From an uncultured Planctomycetaceae bacterium (GTDB lineage Bacteria; Planctomycetota; Planctomycetia; Isosphaerales; Isosphaeraceae), in assembly GCA_963833985.1 (NCBI GenBank), contig CAWIAD010000002.1:3360001-3424000 (forward strand): 64,000 nucleotides of DNA. The letters run 5' to 3'. This document shows positions 12,590-22,318 of this stretch, in pieces; positions within the stretch are counted from its first letter, which is position 1, and each line of letters starts with the position of its first letter. The translations under genes and the position numbers were made by a program. The notes under the pieces are model-generated. The model worked only from the letters and a program-made list of their open reading frames with translations, ran no database searches and was not told the DNA's origin.

Positions 12590-13137
12590 ATGATTCGCTC
12601 CTTCCTGGTACTGGCTGTCACGGGCGGCTCCCTGCTGTTCGCGGATTTCGTGCTCGGGATGTTTGCCGCGGGCGAGCCGCGCGGACCGCACGCGGTCTGG
12701 CGCCTGTCCACCTGCTCTTTTCCCTGCTGACGGTCGTCTTGCTGCTGGGCATCCACTCGATCGTCTACACCTACTTCATGGCCACGACGAAGTGGGCCAA
12801 GGAGGTCGTGCGCGTCTATCAGCTTCCGGACTGGTTCGTGGCCCAGGCAACGCGGAACAAGCGGCGGGCGTTCCGGTTCATCATGGGAGCGATGACCGCG
12901 ATCGCCGTGACGGCGTGGCTGGGGGCCGCCGCCGACACGCAGGGTGAAGGGTACGCCCCCTGGCACCTGGGTCTTGCCGCCTTCACGATCGCTTTCAATC
13001 TGGGCTCGTTCGTGGTCGAATACGGGGGTATCGTCGCCCATGCACGGCTGCTCCTGGAGTTGAAGTCGCAAGCCGACCAGCTCCGCGAGGCGCGCTACGG
13101 CGCGGCCAGCACGGCCGAGTCTCCCGCGAACCTGTAA
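12590..13137 (+). CDS. Four-TM membrane protein; frameshift near 12704
   Basis: MIRSFLVLAV...HAVWR joins VHLLFSLL...HSIVYTYF in the next frame. Confidence 0.65.
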
Positions 13138-13206
13138 AGAGCGAGGCGGCCCAAACGTGCCCGGCTCCCGCTTGACGCATGACACCCAAGGAGATCCGCA
13201 TCGCTG

Positions 13207-14457
13207 ATGTCGCCGCTAGGGATCGTGGTCCTGATCGTGCTGATCGACCTGCTCGGCTTCACGGTGGTGATGCCGCTTCTGGCCCCCTTCGCCGAGCAGT
13301 ACGGTTTTCGCGAATGGCAAATCGGACTGCTGTTTTCGGCCTACCCGCTCTGCCAGTTGATTGCCGGCCCGATCCTGGGCCGGATGAGCGACCGCTACGG
13401 ACGCCGGCCCATCCTCATCCTCAGCCAGGCCGGTACGGCGGTCTCGTTCCTCATCCTGGGACTCTCGCGGAATTTCACGGTGATGCTGCTGGCGCGGATG
13501 CTCGACGGCGCGTCGGGGGGCAACATCCTCGTCGCCCAGGCGTATGTGGCCGACGTGACGACCCCCGAGAACCGATCACGCGGCATGGGGCTGATCGGCA
13601 TGGCCTTCGGCGTGGGCTTCGTGCTGGGCCCGTTCCTGGGCGGCGAACTGGTGGGGCTTCCCGTGGCGCCCGAATGGCGGCTGCGATTGCCTTTCCTGGT
13701 GGCCGCCGGCTTCTCCACCGTGGCCTGGTTCCTGGTACTGTGCTGCCTGCCCGAATCGAGAGTGTCGACCGATCGCCAGCGCGAAGGCGCGCGCGTCCTC
13801 TCGTGGCGCGGGCTCGCCGATACGATCAGGCTGCCCGGAGTCGGCCAGATGGTACTGCTCGGGTTCCTCACGGTGCTGGCCTTCGCGGCGCTCGAGGGAA
13901 CGCTCTCACTTTACCTGCGCCGGCGCTTCGACTGGAACGCGCGCTCCGCGGCGTTCGTGTTCGCCGGGCTGGGCTTGCTGACGGCCCTGGTGCAGGGGGG
14001 CCTCATCCGCCGGCTGGTGCCCCGGTTCGGCGAGGCCCGGCTCATGAGCGTGGGGATCATCCTGGTGGCACTCGGCTTCGCCGGGCTGGCGGTCGTGTCA
14101 CGAGCCCCGGAGCTGGCCGCGGCGCTTTTTTTCGTGGGCATCGGCCAGGGCCTGATCGGTCCCTGTGTCAGCGGCCTGCTGTCGCGGCTGACCCCCGGCA
14201 GCGAGCAAGGGGTGGTCTTCGGCACGCTCTCGTCCGCCCAGACCCTGGCGCGGATGGTCAGCTACCTGGCCGCGAATATTCTGCTGGGCCGCGTCTCCGC
14301 TGCCGCTCCCTACTGGTTCGGGTTTACCGTCTACCTGACGGCCGGCCTGGCCCTGATCCGCTTCTTCCCCTACCTGAGCCGCCGGCTCAGTGCAGGGGAA
14401 GCGGAGTCGGAAGACACGGATCCCGTGATGCAGTCCGCCAGGGCCGATTCCCCCTGA
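13207..14457 (+). CDS. MFS transporter, TetA/DHA1-like
   Basis: Motif A GRMSDRYGRRP, AQAYVADVT and GFVLGPFLGG; about 12 TM helices. Confidence 0.93.
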   Translation: MSPLGIVVLIVLIDLLGFTVVMPLLAPFAEQYGFREWQIGLLFSAYPLCQLIAGPILGRMSDRYGRRPILILSQAGTAVSFLILGLSRNFTVMLLARMLDGASGGNILVAQAYVADVTTPENRSRGMGLIGMAFGVGFVLGPFLGGELVGLPVAPEWRLRLPFLVAAGFSTVAWFLVLCCLPESRVSTDRQREGARVLSWRGLADTIRLPGVGQMVLLGFLTVLAFAALEGTLSLYLRRRFDWNARSAAFVFAGLGLLTALVQGGLIRRLVPRFGEARLMSVGIILVALGFAGLAVVSRAPELAAALFFVGIGQGLIGPCVSGLLSRLTPGSEQGVVFGTLSSAQTLARMVSYLAANILLGRVSAAAPYWFGFTVYLTAGLALIRFFPYLSRRLSAGEAESEDTDPVMQSARADSP

Positions 14458-16822
14458 TCACGGCGGCAGGTCACGGTCGAGGTCGCCGCCGATCCATGCC
14501 GGGTCGGTGTAGCCGTAGCGCGACATCACGGCGACCACGGCGTCCGGATGCTGGACGAGGATCTCTGCGCCCTCCACCAGCGCTTCGGGCGCGCGGCCAG
14601 CAGCCGGTCCAGCAGTAATCGCCGCGTCGCAACGGCCTTCTGGCTGGGTTGACGCGTGAGCAGGTTAACCAGGCGCTTTCCCGCCTCGTCGGCCGGCGCC
14701 CGCGCGCGGTGGCGACCTGCCGGGCGGCTGCCACCAGGCCCTGCGCGTCGCTGCGAGCCCAGTCGAGCACCGCCTGGTTCAGAGTCAACCGGTTCACCCG
14801 GGGCGGCTCCTTGGGCAGCGGATCGGGGGCATCCAGCAAGAGCTCGAGCGCCAACGCCCGGGAGACGGCCACGGGGTCGGCCACGGACACGACGCGGAGA
14901 CCGTCCAGTTGCCCGGGCCTGCGCTCGTACCAGGGATGCATGGCGAAGAGCAGCCGCGTGAATGCCGAGGACTTGGAATCCTGGGTCTGCATCCAGACGT
15001 AGCCGATCCTGTCGTACTCCCGGTAGTGCTGCTGGACATCCTCGCCGAGCTTGATGTCGCCGCGGAGCTTGCCCAGCGTTTGCAGCTCCTCGAAGGTCAT
15101 GGGATTGGTCATATCGTTGGGGAAATCGACCTCGGCCCCGGTTGGCAGCCGTGCGTTGATCTCATCGAGCGTCTGGCCGTTGAAACCGTCGAACCAGTAG
15201 GTGAGCTCGAAGCCGCGACGCCACGCGCCCCGCGGCCCTCCGATCAGGGTGTTGTAATACGAAAGCTCGAACGGGTGGATCCGCGCCAGCTCCACGGCGG
15301 CAGGGACGATCACGACGAGTCCCAGGCCCCATGCGGCGAGTGCCGCGGGCAGGCCCGTGCGCAGCGCGAGTGCCCGGGCCAGGGCCGCGGTTCCCCACCC
15401 CGCGTAGGCTGCCAGAAAGAAGAAGGTTGGTAGGAAAAGGCGCACGCCATCGTGGGCGGGCGTGGTCGGCAGCATCCGCAGCGCGGGGAGTGCCAGAAAA
15501 TGGACCAGGAAGTAGAGGGGCAGCCGGTCCTGGCGCATCCGCCGAAAGGACCAGACCAGGCCCGCCACCGAGGCCCCCAGAATCGTCACCGGCACCGTGA
15601 TCGCCAGCAAGACCCAGCCGTTGTGCCAGGGGAGCGTGTACTCGTAGATCTGCCCGAAGTAGATGATCTGGATGTCGGGCAGCGCGGCCCGGCGATTACC
15701 CGAGAGTGTGTAGTAATGAGCGAGCCGGATCAAGGTGTCGCGCCACCAGGCCGGGTTCCCCAGCCAGCCGACGAAAGGAGCGAAGGCCAGAATGGCGGTC
15801 CAAGTCTCCAGCGCGGGCCGTTCCACGCCCCAGAGCTTGCTGCCCGGGAAGACCCGCCCGAGCAGCCTGCGGATCAGCCAGACAAGGAGCGGCAGGGCCA
15901 GGATCGCTCCGGGCAGGTCGCTCGTGGGCCGGTTGATGAACAGGTTCGCCTGGGCGGGAGGGGGAAGCTGCCTCTGCATGCCCTGGATCTCCAGGAAGGC
16001 CAGTCCCAGCGGAGCGAGCATGAGCCCGGATGTGACCAGCCCGTCAATCCAATCCGCCCGGCTGCCGGTACGCCAGAGCGAGCGCGGCAGGTGGCCGAGG
16101 ACGAGCCACAGCAGGAGGGGCAGCAGCACGCCGACGGCCGCCAGCTTCTCCACGAAGGCCAGGCCCAGGAGCACCCCGACCGCCACGCGCCACCAGCGGG
16201 CCTTCTCCTCGTACAGGCCCTTCCAGAACGCCAGCGCGGTCGCCGCCCAGAGCAGCAGGCCGGGGGTGTCGGTGTCGACCAGATGGGCCTGACCGTAGAG
16301 CCGCGGCATGAGCAGCAGCGCGCCGGCCATCACCAGCCCGGCGGTTGTCCCATAACGTCTGGCCAGGAAGCCGTAACCGATGGCCACGGTGAGGGCGAAC
16401 TCGATCACCGACGCCATCCGCCGCGCGGGGATGTCCTGCATCCACGAACCGAAAAGGGCGTGTGTGGCCAGGTTCATCTGGCCGGCGAGGGGAGGGTGGA
16501 AGTTGATGCCGAAGCGGCCGTACGGCCAGTAGTACAGCAGCGTCTGGGGATCAAGCAAATCGTGGACCTCGCTCCACGAGCGGGCATGACGAAGCTGCTC
16601 CCACCACTGGGCAGACATCACCTGGCTGTAGCGGTAAGCCGGCTCATCCCAGGTCAGGCCGATATCGCCCGTGGTCGGCACCAGCACCACCAGGGCCCCC
16701 GCGCACACCAGGAGCGGCGACGGTCTCCAGCGTGCCTTGCCGGACTGAAGCCGGCTGGCGGTATCCGTGTCCGTCCGGTCCGCGTGCGTGCGTTCTGCGG
16801 TCAGCGCGGGCGCGGTCATCAT
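14458..16822 (-). CDS. GT-C fold glycosyltransferase (ArnT/GT39-like); two C-terminal frameshifts near 14705 and 14585
   Basis: TWDEPAY, NFHPPL, HDGVRLFLP and PFELSYYN motifs with many TM helices; the repaired end reads ...RYGYTDPAWIGGDLDRDLPP*. Confidence 0.82.
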
Positions 16823-16887
16823 GCGGGGTCCTGACTTGCGATCGAGATCTCACCGAACCACCGCAGATTATCATAGACCAGATCCGA

Positions 16888-17733
16888 TCAGACATGCACG
16901 CCCAGCACGCGGCGGAAAGCCAGTGCCGCAACCATGGAGACCGCAAACCAGTAGATCACCCAGGTATCGGTGCCACAGGTCCAGGCGGACCGTTCTGGGT
17001 AGGCAATGGCGATGGAGCGGACCGGCGAGCCGGTGCCGAAGGGGGCCTCCCCGGGGTTGAGGAGGACCTCCAGCAGGTCGCGGCCCGGGCGGAGGGCGCT
17101 GACGCGCAGAAAGCCGTCACCGACGGCCAGTTCCTTCTCATAGCTCTGGCTGCCCGTGTCGAAGACCAGGCGGTGCACGCCGCTCTCCCTGGCCTGGATC
17201 CTCCAGAGCAGCTCACCCTTGCCGCGCACGTGCACGGGGCCGGCCATCACCGTGGCGGCCGGCGTTGGCCGGAGCGTCACTTCCGGCCAGGCTTTATTGT
17301 CCGCGCAGTCGAGTGCCAGCCGGACGACGGCGTCCTCTCCCACTCGCAAGGGGCGGGCCTGGTACCAGAGCGAGAGCTGCGCCAGCAGCAGTACCACGGG
17401 CAGGGCCATCACCAGCATCGGCACGAGTGCCAGCATGAGGAGCTGCAAACCTCCGCCGAGCATCCGTCCCTGGGCGCGCAGGGTCACGGCGGTGCTGTCC
17501 TTGAACAGCCGCAGGGCCAGCAGGTTGGCGCTGATCTGGTCGCGCACCCGTTGCACCGCGGCCTGGTTCGAGGTGTGCTTGAAGACGACGAGCAGGCCGA
17601 TGCCCGTCACCGCCGAGATGAGCGTGGCGGAGACCCATCCCGGCACGATCGAGATTGGCGCAAGCATGAGCCGGCCCAGCGCGCTGGCCGCCAGGTTCAG
17701 CCAGGCCAGAATACGGAGGAGCGCTGTGGTCAT
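16888..17733 (-). CDS. Membrane protein, possibly DUF106/EMC3-TMCO1-like
   Basis: TM helix, amphipathic segment, PMLVMALPVVLL helix, soluble beta-rich insert, then C-terminal WVIYWFAVS..FRRVLG. The CDS is solid; the family is inferred. Confidence 0.65.
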   Translation of the reverse strand: MTTALLRILAWLNLAASALGRLMLAPISIVPGWVSATLISAVTGIGLLVVFKHTSNQAAVQRVRDQISANLLALRLFKDSTAVTLRAQGRMLGGGLQLLMLALVPMLVMALPVVLLLAQLSLWYQARPLRVGEDAVVRLALDCADNKAWPEVTLRPTPAATVMAGPVHVRGKGELLWRIQARESGVHRLVFDTGSQSYEKELAVGDGFLRVSALRPGRDLLEVLLNPGEAPFGTGSPVRSIAIAYPERSAWTCGTDTWVIYWFAVSMVAALAFRRVLGVHV

Positions 17734-17914
17734 TCAATGTATCCCAGGCCGCGCAACTGGTTGGTGACGTGGGCGTCCTCCTCCTTCACCTTCATCCGCG
17801 CGACCTCCTTCTCCACGCAGGCCGCGATGAACTCCTCCACACAGCTGTAGCCGGCGGCCTCGGCCGTGCGCTGGCGCGCTCGTACAGTCCCGATTCGATC
17901 TTCAGCTTGACCAT
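17730..17914 (-). CDS. Small protein (about 61 aa), ribbon-helix-helix-like with an LRGLGYIE tail; frameshift near 17873
   Basis: Strong RBS AAAGGAGA before ATG 17914; repaired sequence MVKLKIESGLYERAQRTAEAAGYSCVEEFIAACVEKEV...NQLRGLGYIE; ATGA overlap with the next gene. Confidence 0.75.
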
Positions 17915-17962
17915 GCGATTCTCCTTTCCGAGCCACGCTCTGTCAGCTCCGAGCACGTTCTG

Positions 17963-20008
17963 TCAGCCACGGAGCACGTTCTTGCCCACCATCTGCGAGG
18001 GGACATCAAGCCCGAACTCGGAGAGAATCGAGGGCGCGATGTCCACCAGCGACGGTGATCCCCGGGCGATGCGCCGGTTGCAGAAGAGCACGCCCGGCAC
18101 CTCGAGTGCGTCGGCGCAATGGTCGGCGCTCCAGGCCGAGTCATTGTCGAGCAAGACCTCCTCGGTGAGGTCGCCCAGGCAGGTGGCCCATGAGGCACGG
18201 TAGCCGCGGGCGTAGCCGATGATGAGGTCCGGTGCCAGTCCGGTCGCGTTCCCTGAATAGATCTGGTCCGAGCGGTAGACACCGCGGATCACGGGCTGGC
18301 CGTCGCGATCGGTCAGGGCCGTGAGCCGGGCGGTCAACTCGGCAAGCACGGCCTCGCGCTGCTCTCCCGGCTCGACGATCCCGTCGCGCTCGCGGCCTTT
18401 CATGTTGAGGTAGAGCCCGTTGATGCCCAGCCCGTAGGCGATGGTCTGGGACCAGTCGGCGTCGCGGAGGATGGAGGTGCACTCGGGCGGGCCGAGATAG
18501 CCCCAGGCGCGGAGCCAGGAGTTCAGGTTGAACTGGCGGCCGAAGTTGGCGAAGCCGTGATCGCTCATCACCAGGATGGTCGCCGTCTGACCGTAGCGGT
18601 CCAGCAGGTCGCCGATCACCGTGTCGAGCTTCTGGTACAGCCGCTGGACCTGGCCGAACCGCGCCTTCGCCTCCGGGCCGGTCCGGATCGGGTGCCGGGC
18701 GTCGGAATCCCACCAGAAGATGTGCGACTGGAGATCGCTGCTGGAGAAGTAGAAGAACAGGAGCCCGTCCTCGTAGTTGTCGATCGCGTATTCGAACAGC
18801 CGCAGCCGTTCTTCCAGCACCATGTCGGCCTGCCGGGCGTACTCATCGTCGGAGAAGACGCCGTTGGAGCGCGCCTTGTGGTCCTCCTGAAAGCCGGTCG
18901 TGTAAAAAGGCCCCAGCGCCCCGGCCACATCGGAGACGAACGAGGTCGGCTCGGACATCTTCTGGGCTGGTCTGGCCGGGTCCATGTTCACCGGGGTCAC
19001 ATAGAGCTTGAAGACCGGAGCGACCTCTTGAAGGTAGAACCGGACGATCCCGGAGACGTGTTGCCCGGGCAGGAACGAAGGGGTTGAGAGGGCGAAATCC
19101 AGCTTCGTCCACGGGCTCCACTCACCGGCCCCGAGCACGATCGTCCGCCCCTGGAGCTCGATGGCCGCGGCATTCGCCGCGCGGTCGCGATGGACCAAGA
19201 AGTCGACCAGGATCGGCCGCGGCTGTTTTCGCAGGCTGTCGTCCGGACCGACAAGCCGAGCGCTCGACGTGTCATCGTCGAACCGGAGGCGCGATCGCTT
19301 TCCCCCGCCCTCTTCCACGGGCTCGGCCGGCCCGTCCTCGGCGAAGTACTGGTAGGTGCCGTAGGTGCCGAGCATGTCGGGCGTCCCCATCCCGCAGAGG
19401 CAGCGATGATGGCCGTGATGCGAGGGGCTGGCCGGATAGTTCGACGGCAGGTCGTAGAAGGTTGACGGCACGCCGGCCGCGTCGAGATAGTCCCAGAACG
19501 GTGTGCCCTGCCGGCGCAGGACCGTTGCCGGCGGCTTGTGGTTGAAGGGCCAGAAGTCCAGCGGGATGCGGTGCTCGCCCAGCTCCCAGGCGCCCTGGCC
19601 GGGAACCGTTTCGGCCGCGGAATAAAAGGGTGCGCACTGCTCCTCGGGATGGCGGTGGATGAAGTCGAAGATCCCGTGCGAGCCCGGCCCCGCGCCATTG
19701 ATGAAGTTGGCCCAGGCGACCGGGCTCTGCGGCGGAACGCTTGTGCCCAGGCCGCTGAAGCCGCCGCCCGACCGGAGCTTCGCCAGGTTCGGAAGCATGC
19801 CGGCGTCCATCATCCGCCCGCACAGCCGCGGGTCCATGCCGTCGACGCCGACGATGATCACCTTCTTGCCCAGGCTCCGCGAGACATGGCTGCCGCGCCC
19901 CAGCCAGTGGTTGCCCGCGCCCAGAGCGGCCACTCCGGCGGCCGTCGCGGCGGCGCCCTTGAGAATCGTCCGGCGGTTGATGCTCGTGTCCGCTCCGCTG
20001 CCAATCAT
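17963..20008 (-). CDS. Alkaline phosphatase superfamily (type I phosphodiesterase/NPP-like) protein with Tat signal
   Basis: Twin-arginine leader INRRTILKG; GVDGMD, PPQSPVAW, SDLQSH, SDHGF and WSADH. Confidence 0.88.
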   Translation of the reverse strand: MIGSGADTSINRRTILKGAAATAAGVAALGAGNHWLGRGSHVSRSLGKKVIIVGVDGMDPRLCGRMMDAGMLPNLAKLRSGGGFSGLGTSVPPQSPVAWANFINGAGPGSHGIFDFIHRHPEEQCAPFYSAAETVPGQGAWELGEHRIPLDFWPFNHKPPATVLRRQGTPFWDYLDAAGVPSTFYDLPSNYPASPSHHGHHRCLCGMGTPDMLGTYGTYQYFAEDGPAEPVEEGGGKRSRLRFDDDTSSARLVGPDDSLRKQPRPILVDFLVHRDRAANAAAIELQGRTIVLGAGEWSPWTKLDFALSTPSFLPGQHVSGIVRFYLQEVAPVFKLYVTPVNMDPARPAQKMSEPTSFVSDVAGALGPFYTTGFQEDHKARSNGVFSDDEYARQADMVLEERLRLFEYAIDNYEDGLLFFYFSSSDLQSHIFWWDSDARHPIRTGPEAKARFGQVQRLYQKLDTVIGDLLDRYGQTATILVMSDHGFANFGRQFNLNSWLRAWGYLGPPECTSILRDADWSQTIAYGLGINGLYLNMKGRERDGIVEPGEQREAVLAELTARLTALTDRDGQPVIRGVYRSDQIYSGNATGLAPDLIIGYARGYRASWATCLGDLTEEVLLDNDSAWSADHCADALEVPGVLFCNRRIARGSPSLVDIAPSILSEFGLDVPSQMVGKNVLRG

Positions 20009-22308
20009 GAGACCACCTCGGCCAGTTCTTGCGCGGGCTTGCTCGACGGTAATGCAGGCTCATCCCCGATCACCAGCGCCCTGCCGTCCATGTAGTCCGG
20101 AACCGGCACGCCGAAGAGTTTCAGTACCGTGGGTGCGATATCGATCAGGCGCGGGTTCGGGGAGGCGATGGGATGGTTGGAAAAGAGGATCCCGGGCACC
20201 AGCGACGGATCCACGCAATGATCGCCGCTCCACGCCTTCCGGTTCGAATGGAAGACGCTTTCGGTGGTGCGGCCGATGGCCGTCTCCCAGGCCACGCGAT
20301 AACCGCGCTGGTAACCGACGATCAGGTCCGGAGCATTTTCGCTGTAGGGTCCCCGGTAGAACCGGGAAGCGATGTAAACCCGCTTGACCGCACTCTCGCC
20401 GGTTTCCGGGTCGCAGAGGCCGGTCAGCCGCTCGACGATCTCCTCGCGGAGCCGGTCTGCCTCGGCCCCGGGCGACACGATTCCCTGCGCAAACTTGTCC
20501 TTCACGTTCAGGTAGATGCCCGCAAGGCCGATCGCGAAGGCGCGGGTGCGGCTCCAGTCCACGCCCGCCAGATGGTCGGCGTCGCCCTTGCCGGCGAGCA
20601 CGAGATAGCCGTTCTCTTGCAGCCAGCGGTTCAGGTCGACTCCACGCCGGAACGGACCGAAGCCATGGTCCGAAAGCACCAGCAGCAGCTCGTCCTTGCG
20701 CCGGCAACAGGCGGACGTCCTGCCCACCAGGTCGTCCATCCGGCGATAGAGATCCTCGATCACATGCCGGCCTTCCCGGACGGCCGGATCAGGACGCGCC
20801 GGATGCCGCTCGTCGATATCGCGCCAGAACGTGTGCTGAAGGCGGTCGGTGCCGTCGAACACGCACGCGACAAGGCCGCTCGGCACCTTCTCCAGCGCAT
20901 CGAAGAACATGGCCTCGCGCTCGCGGTCCATGTCCAGGCACTGCTGAATGAACTGGTCATCGCTGATCACGTGCTCGTTGAGCGCCCAGGTATCCTCGGC
21001 CAATCCCAGCGTGGCGAACGGACCTTGCTTCCTGGCGAGATAGACCGGGTACACCGCCGGATACCCCACGGGCATCACCGCGTGCTCGGGGTCGATGTTG
21101 ATCGGCGTGACATAGAGCTCGAACTCCGGCTCGGTGCTCAGCAGCAGGAACTTGCAGAGCCCGCGCACCGTTACACCGGGGACCACCCGGAACGACACGC
21201 GGATCCAATCCGTGTAGACATCCCGGGCAAGCTTGAACGTCTGGCCGCAGATCTTCAGTTTCGCCTGGCCCGGGCCCGTGATCGTGACGGCGAACGGAAG
21301 CCTCATCTCACCGTGCCGCGGCCGCAGGGGGTCCTCCGGACCAACGAGCGCCGCGCGGACCACGTTCCCGACCCGCCTGACGCGATGGACGTCGCCGCCG
21401 GTCCGCTCGCCCTCGGCTTGCGCACGGGTCGTGTAGAAAGCGAACATGCCCTGCGTGCCGCGCAGGTCCGGTACGCACATCGCGGAAAGCAGCACGCCCC
21501 TGAGCTTTTCAGGCGGGTAGGTAATCGGCACGCGCAGGATGCAATTGAAGATGCCGTAGCCGCTGAGGATGCTCCAGAAAGGCTGGCTCTTACGCAGCAG
21601 GCGCACCTCGGCCTTCCCGAGCGGAATGCGGAGCGGGCCGATCCGGATCGCGCGGCGCGGCGGATGGACCTCCACCGAGCTCAGCTTGGCGTGGTAGTGC
21701 GTCAGGTCGGGCGTCAGAAAATCAAAGATGTTGTGCTTGCCGGGGTTCACGCCGGTCTGGAACGTTGACCAGGCCACCGGCGAAAGCGGGGGCACAGTCG
21801 TTCCCAGCGGCCGGAAGCTCCCCTGGGAGCGAAGGGCCGCCAGGTGGGGGAGCTTGCCCTCGGCCAGCATGCGTTCGGTCAGCTCGTGATCCATGCCGTC
21901 CAGGCCCAGGATGACGATCCGCCGGAACCGGCTGCGGTTCAGTCGCCGCAAGGAAAGCAGCGATCGCACGAGCAGGCGGACGGGCCAGGTGAGGAAGGTC
22001 AGAAGCGCCGAGAACACCGCGGCGAAGACCGTGAAGAACGACCCCGCCAGCGCGAACCCCGCCCCCGGCCCGATATAGGCGTGCGCCTGGCCGGGCGCCA
22101 GTAGTAAAAGAAGCAGCACCAGCAGCACCAGCCGCCCGCGCTTGCGAGCCATCGATCGCGCGGCAGCGGCCCGTACTTGCGTCCGCTGCGCCCCGCCTGG
22201 AGTTCCGTCCGCCGCCTGCGCCCCGAGCCGTTCCCCCGCCGATTGTGAGGGAGCCGCGGTCAGGCCCGCCCCGCGCGAATGACGGACGCCGGAGAGCCCA
22301 TTCATCAT
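20005..22308 (-). CDS. Alkaline phosphatase superfamily (NPP-like) protein, membrane anchored
   Basis: AHA-YIGPG plus TM helix; GLDGMD, PPLSPVAW, TDRLQH, SDHGF and WSGDH; the start could be near 22152 (MARKRG). Confidence 0.88.
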   Translation of the reverse strand: MMNGLSGVRHSRGAGLTAAPSQSAGERLGAQAADGTPGGAQRTQVRAAAARSMARKRGRLVLLVLLLLLLAPGQAHAYIGPGAGFALAGSFFTVFAAVFSALLTFLTWPVRLLVRSLLSLRRLNRSRFRRIVILGLDGMDHELTERMLAEGKLPHLAALRSQGSFRPLGTTVPPLSPVAWSTFQTGVNPGKHNIFDFLTPDLTHYHAKLSSVEVHPPRRAIRIGPLRIPLGKAEVRLLRKSQPFWSILSGYGIFNCILRVPITYPPEKLRGVLLSAMCVPDLRGTQGMFAFYTTRAQAEGERTGGDVHRVRRVGNVVRAALVGPEDPLRPRHGEMRLPFAVTITGPGQAKLKICGQTFKLARDVYTDWIRVSFRVVPGVTVRGLCKFLLLSTEPEFELYVTPINIDPEHAVMPVGYPAVYPVYLARKQGPFATLGLAEDTWALNEHVISDDQFIQQCLDMDREREAMFFDALEKVPSGLVACVFDGTDRLQHTFWRDIDERHPARPDPAVREGRHVIEDLYRRMDDLVGRTSACCRRKDELLLVLSDHGFGPFRRGVDLNRWLQENGYLVLAGKGDADHLAGVDWSRTRAFAIGLAGIYLNVKDKFAQGIVSPGAEADRLREEIVERLTGLCDPETGESAVKRVYIASRFYRGPYSENAPDLIVGYQRGYRVAWETAIGRTTESVFHSNRKAWSGDHCVDPSLVPGILFSNHPIASPNPRLIDIAPTVLKLFGVPVPDYMDGRALVIGDEPALPSSKPAQELAEVVS

Positions 22309-22318
22309 CGCTGCCCTC

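Noticed and set aside
13207..14457. Tetracycline resistance gene
   Set aside because: Generic DHA1-type MFS with no tetR; the substrate cannot be inferred.
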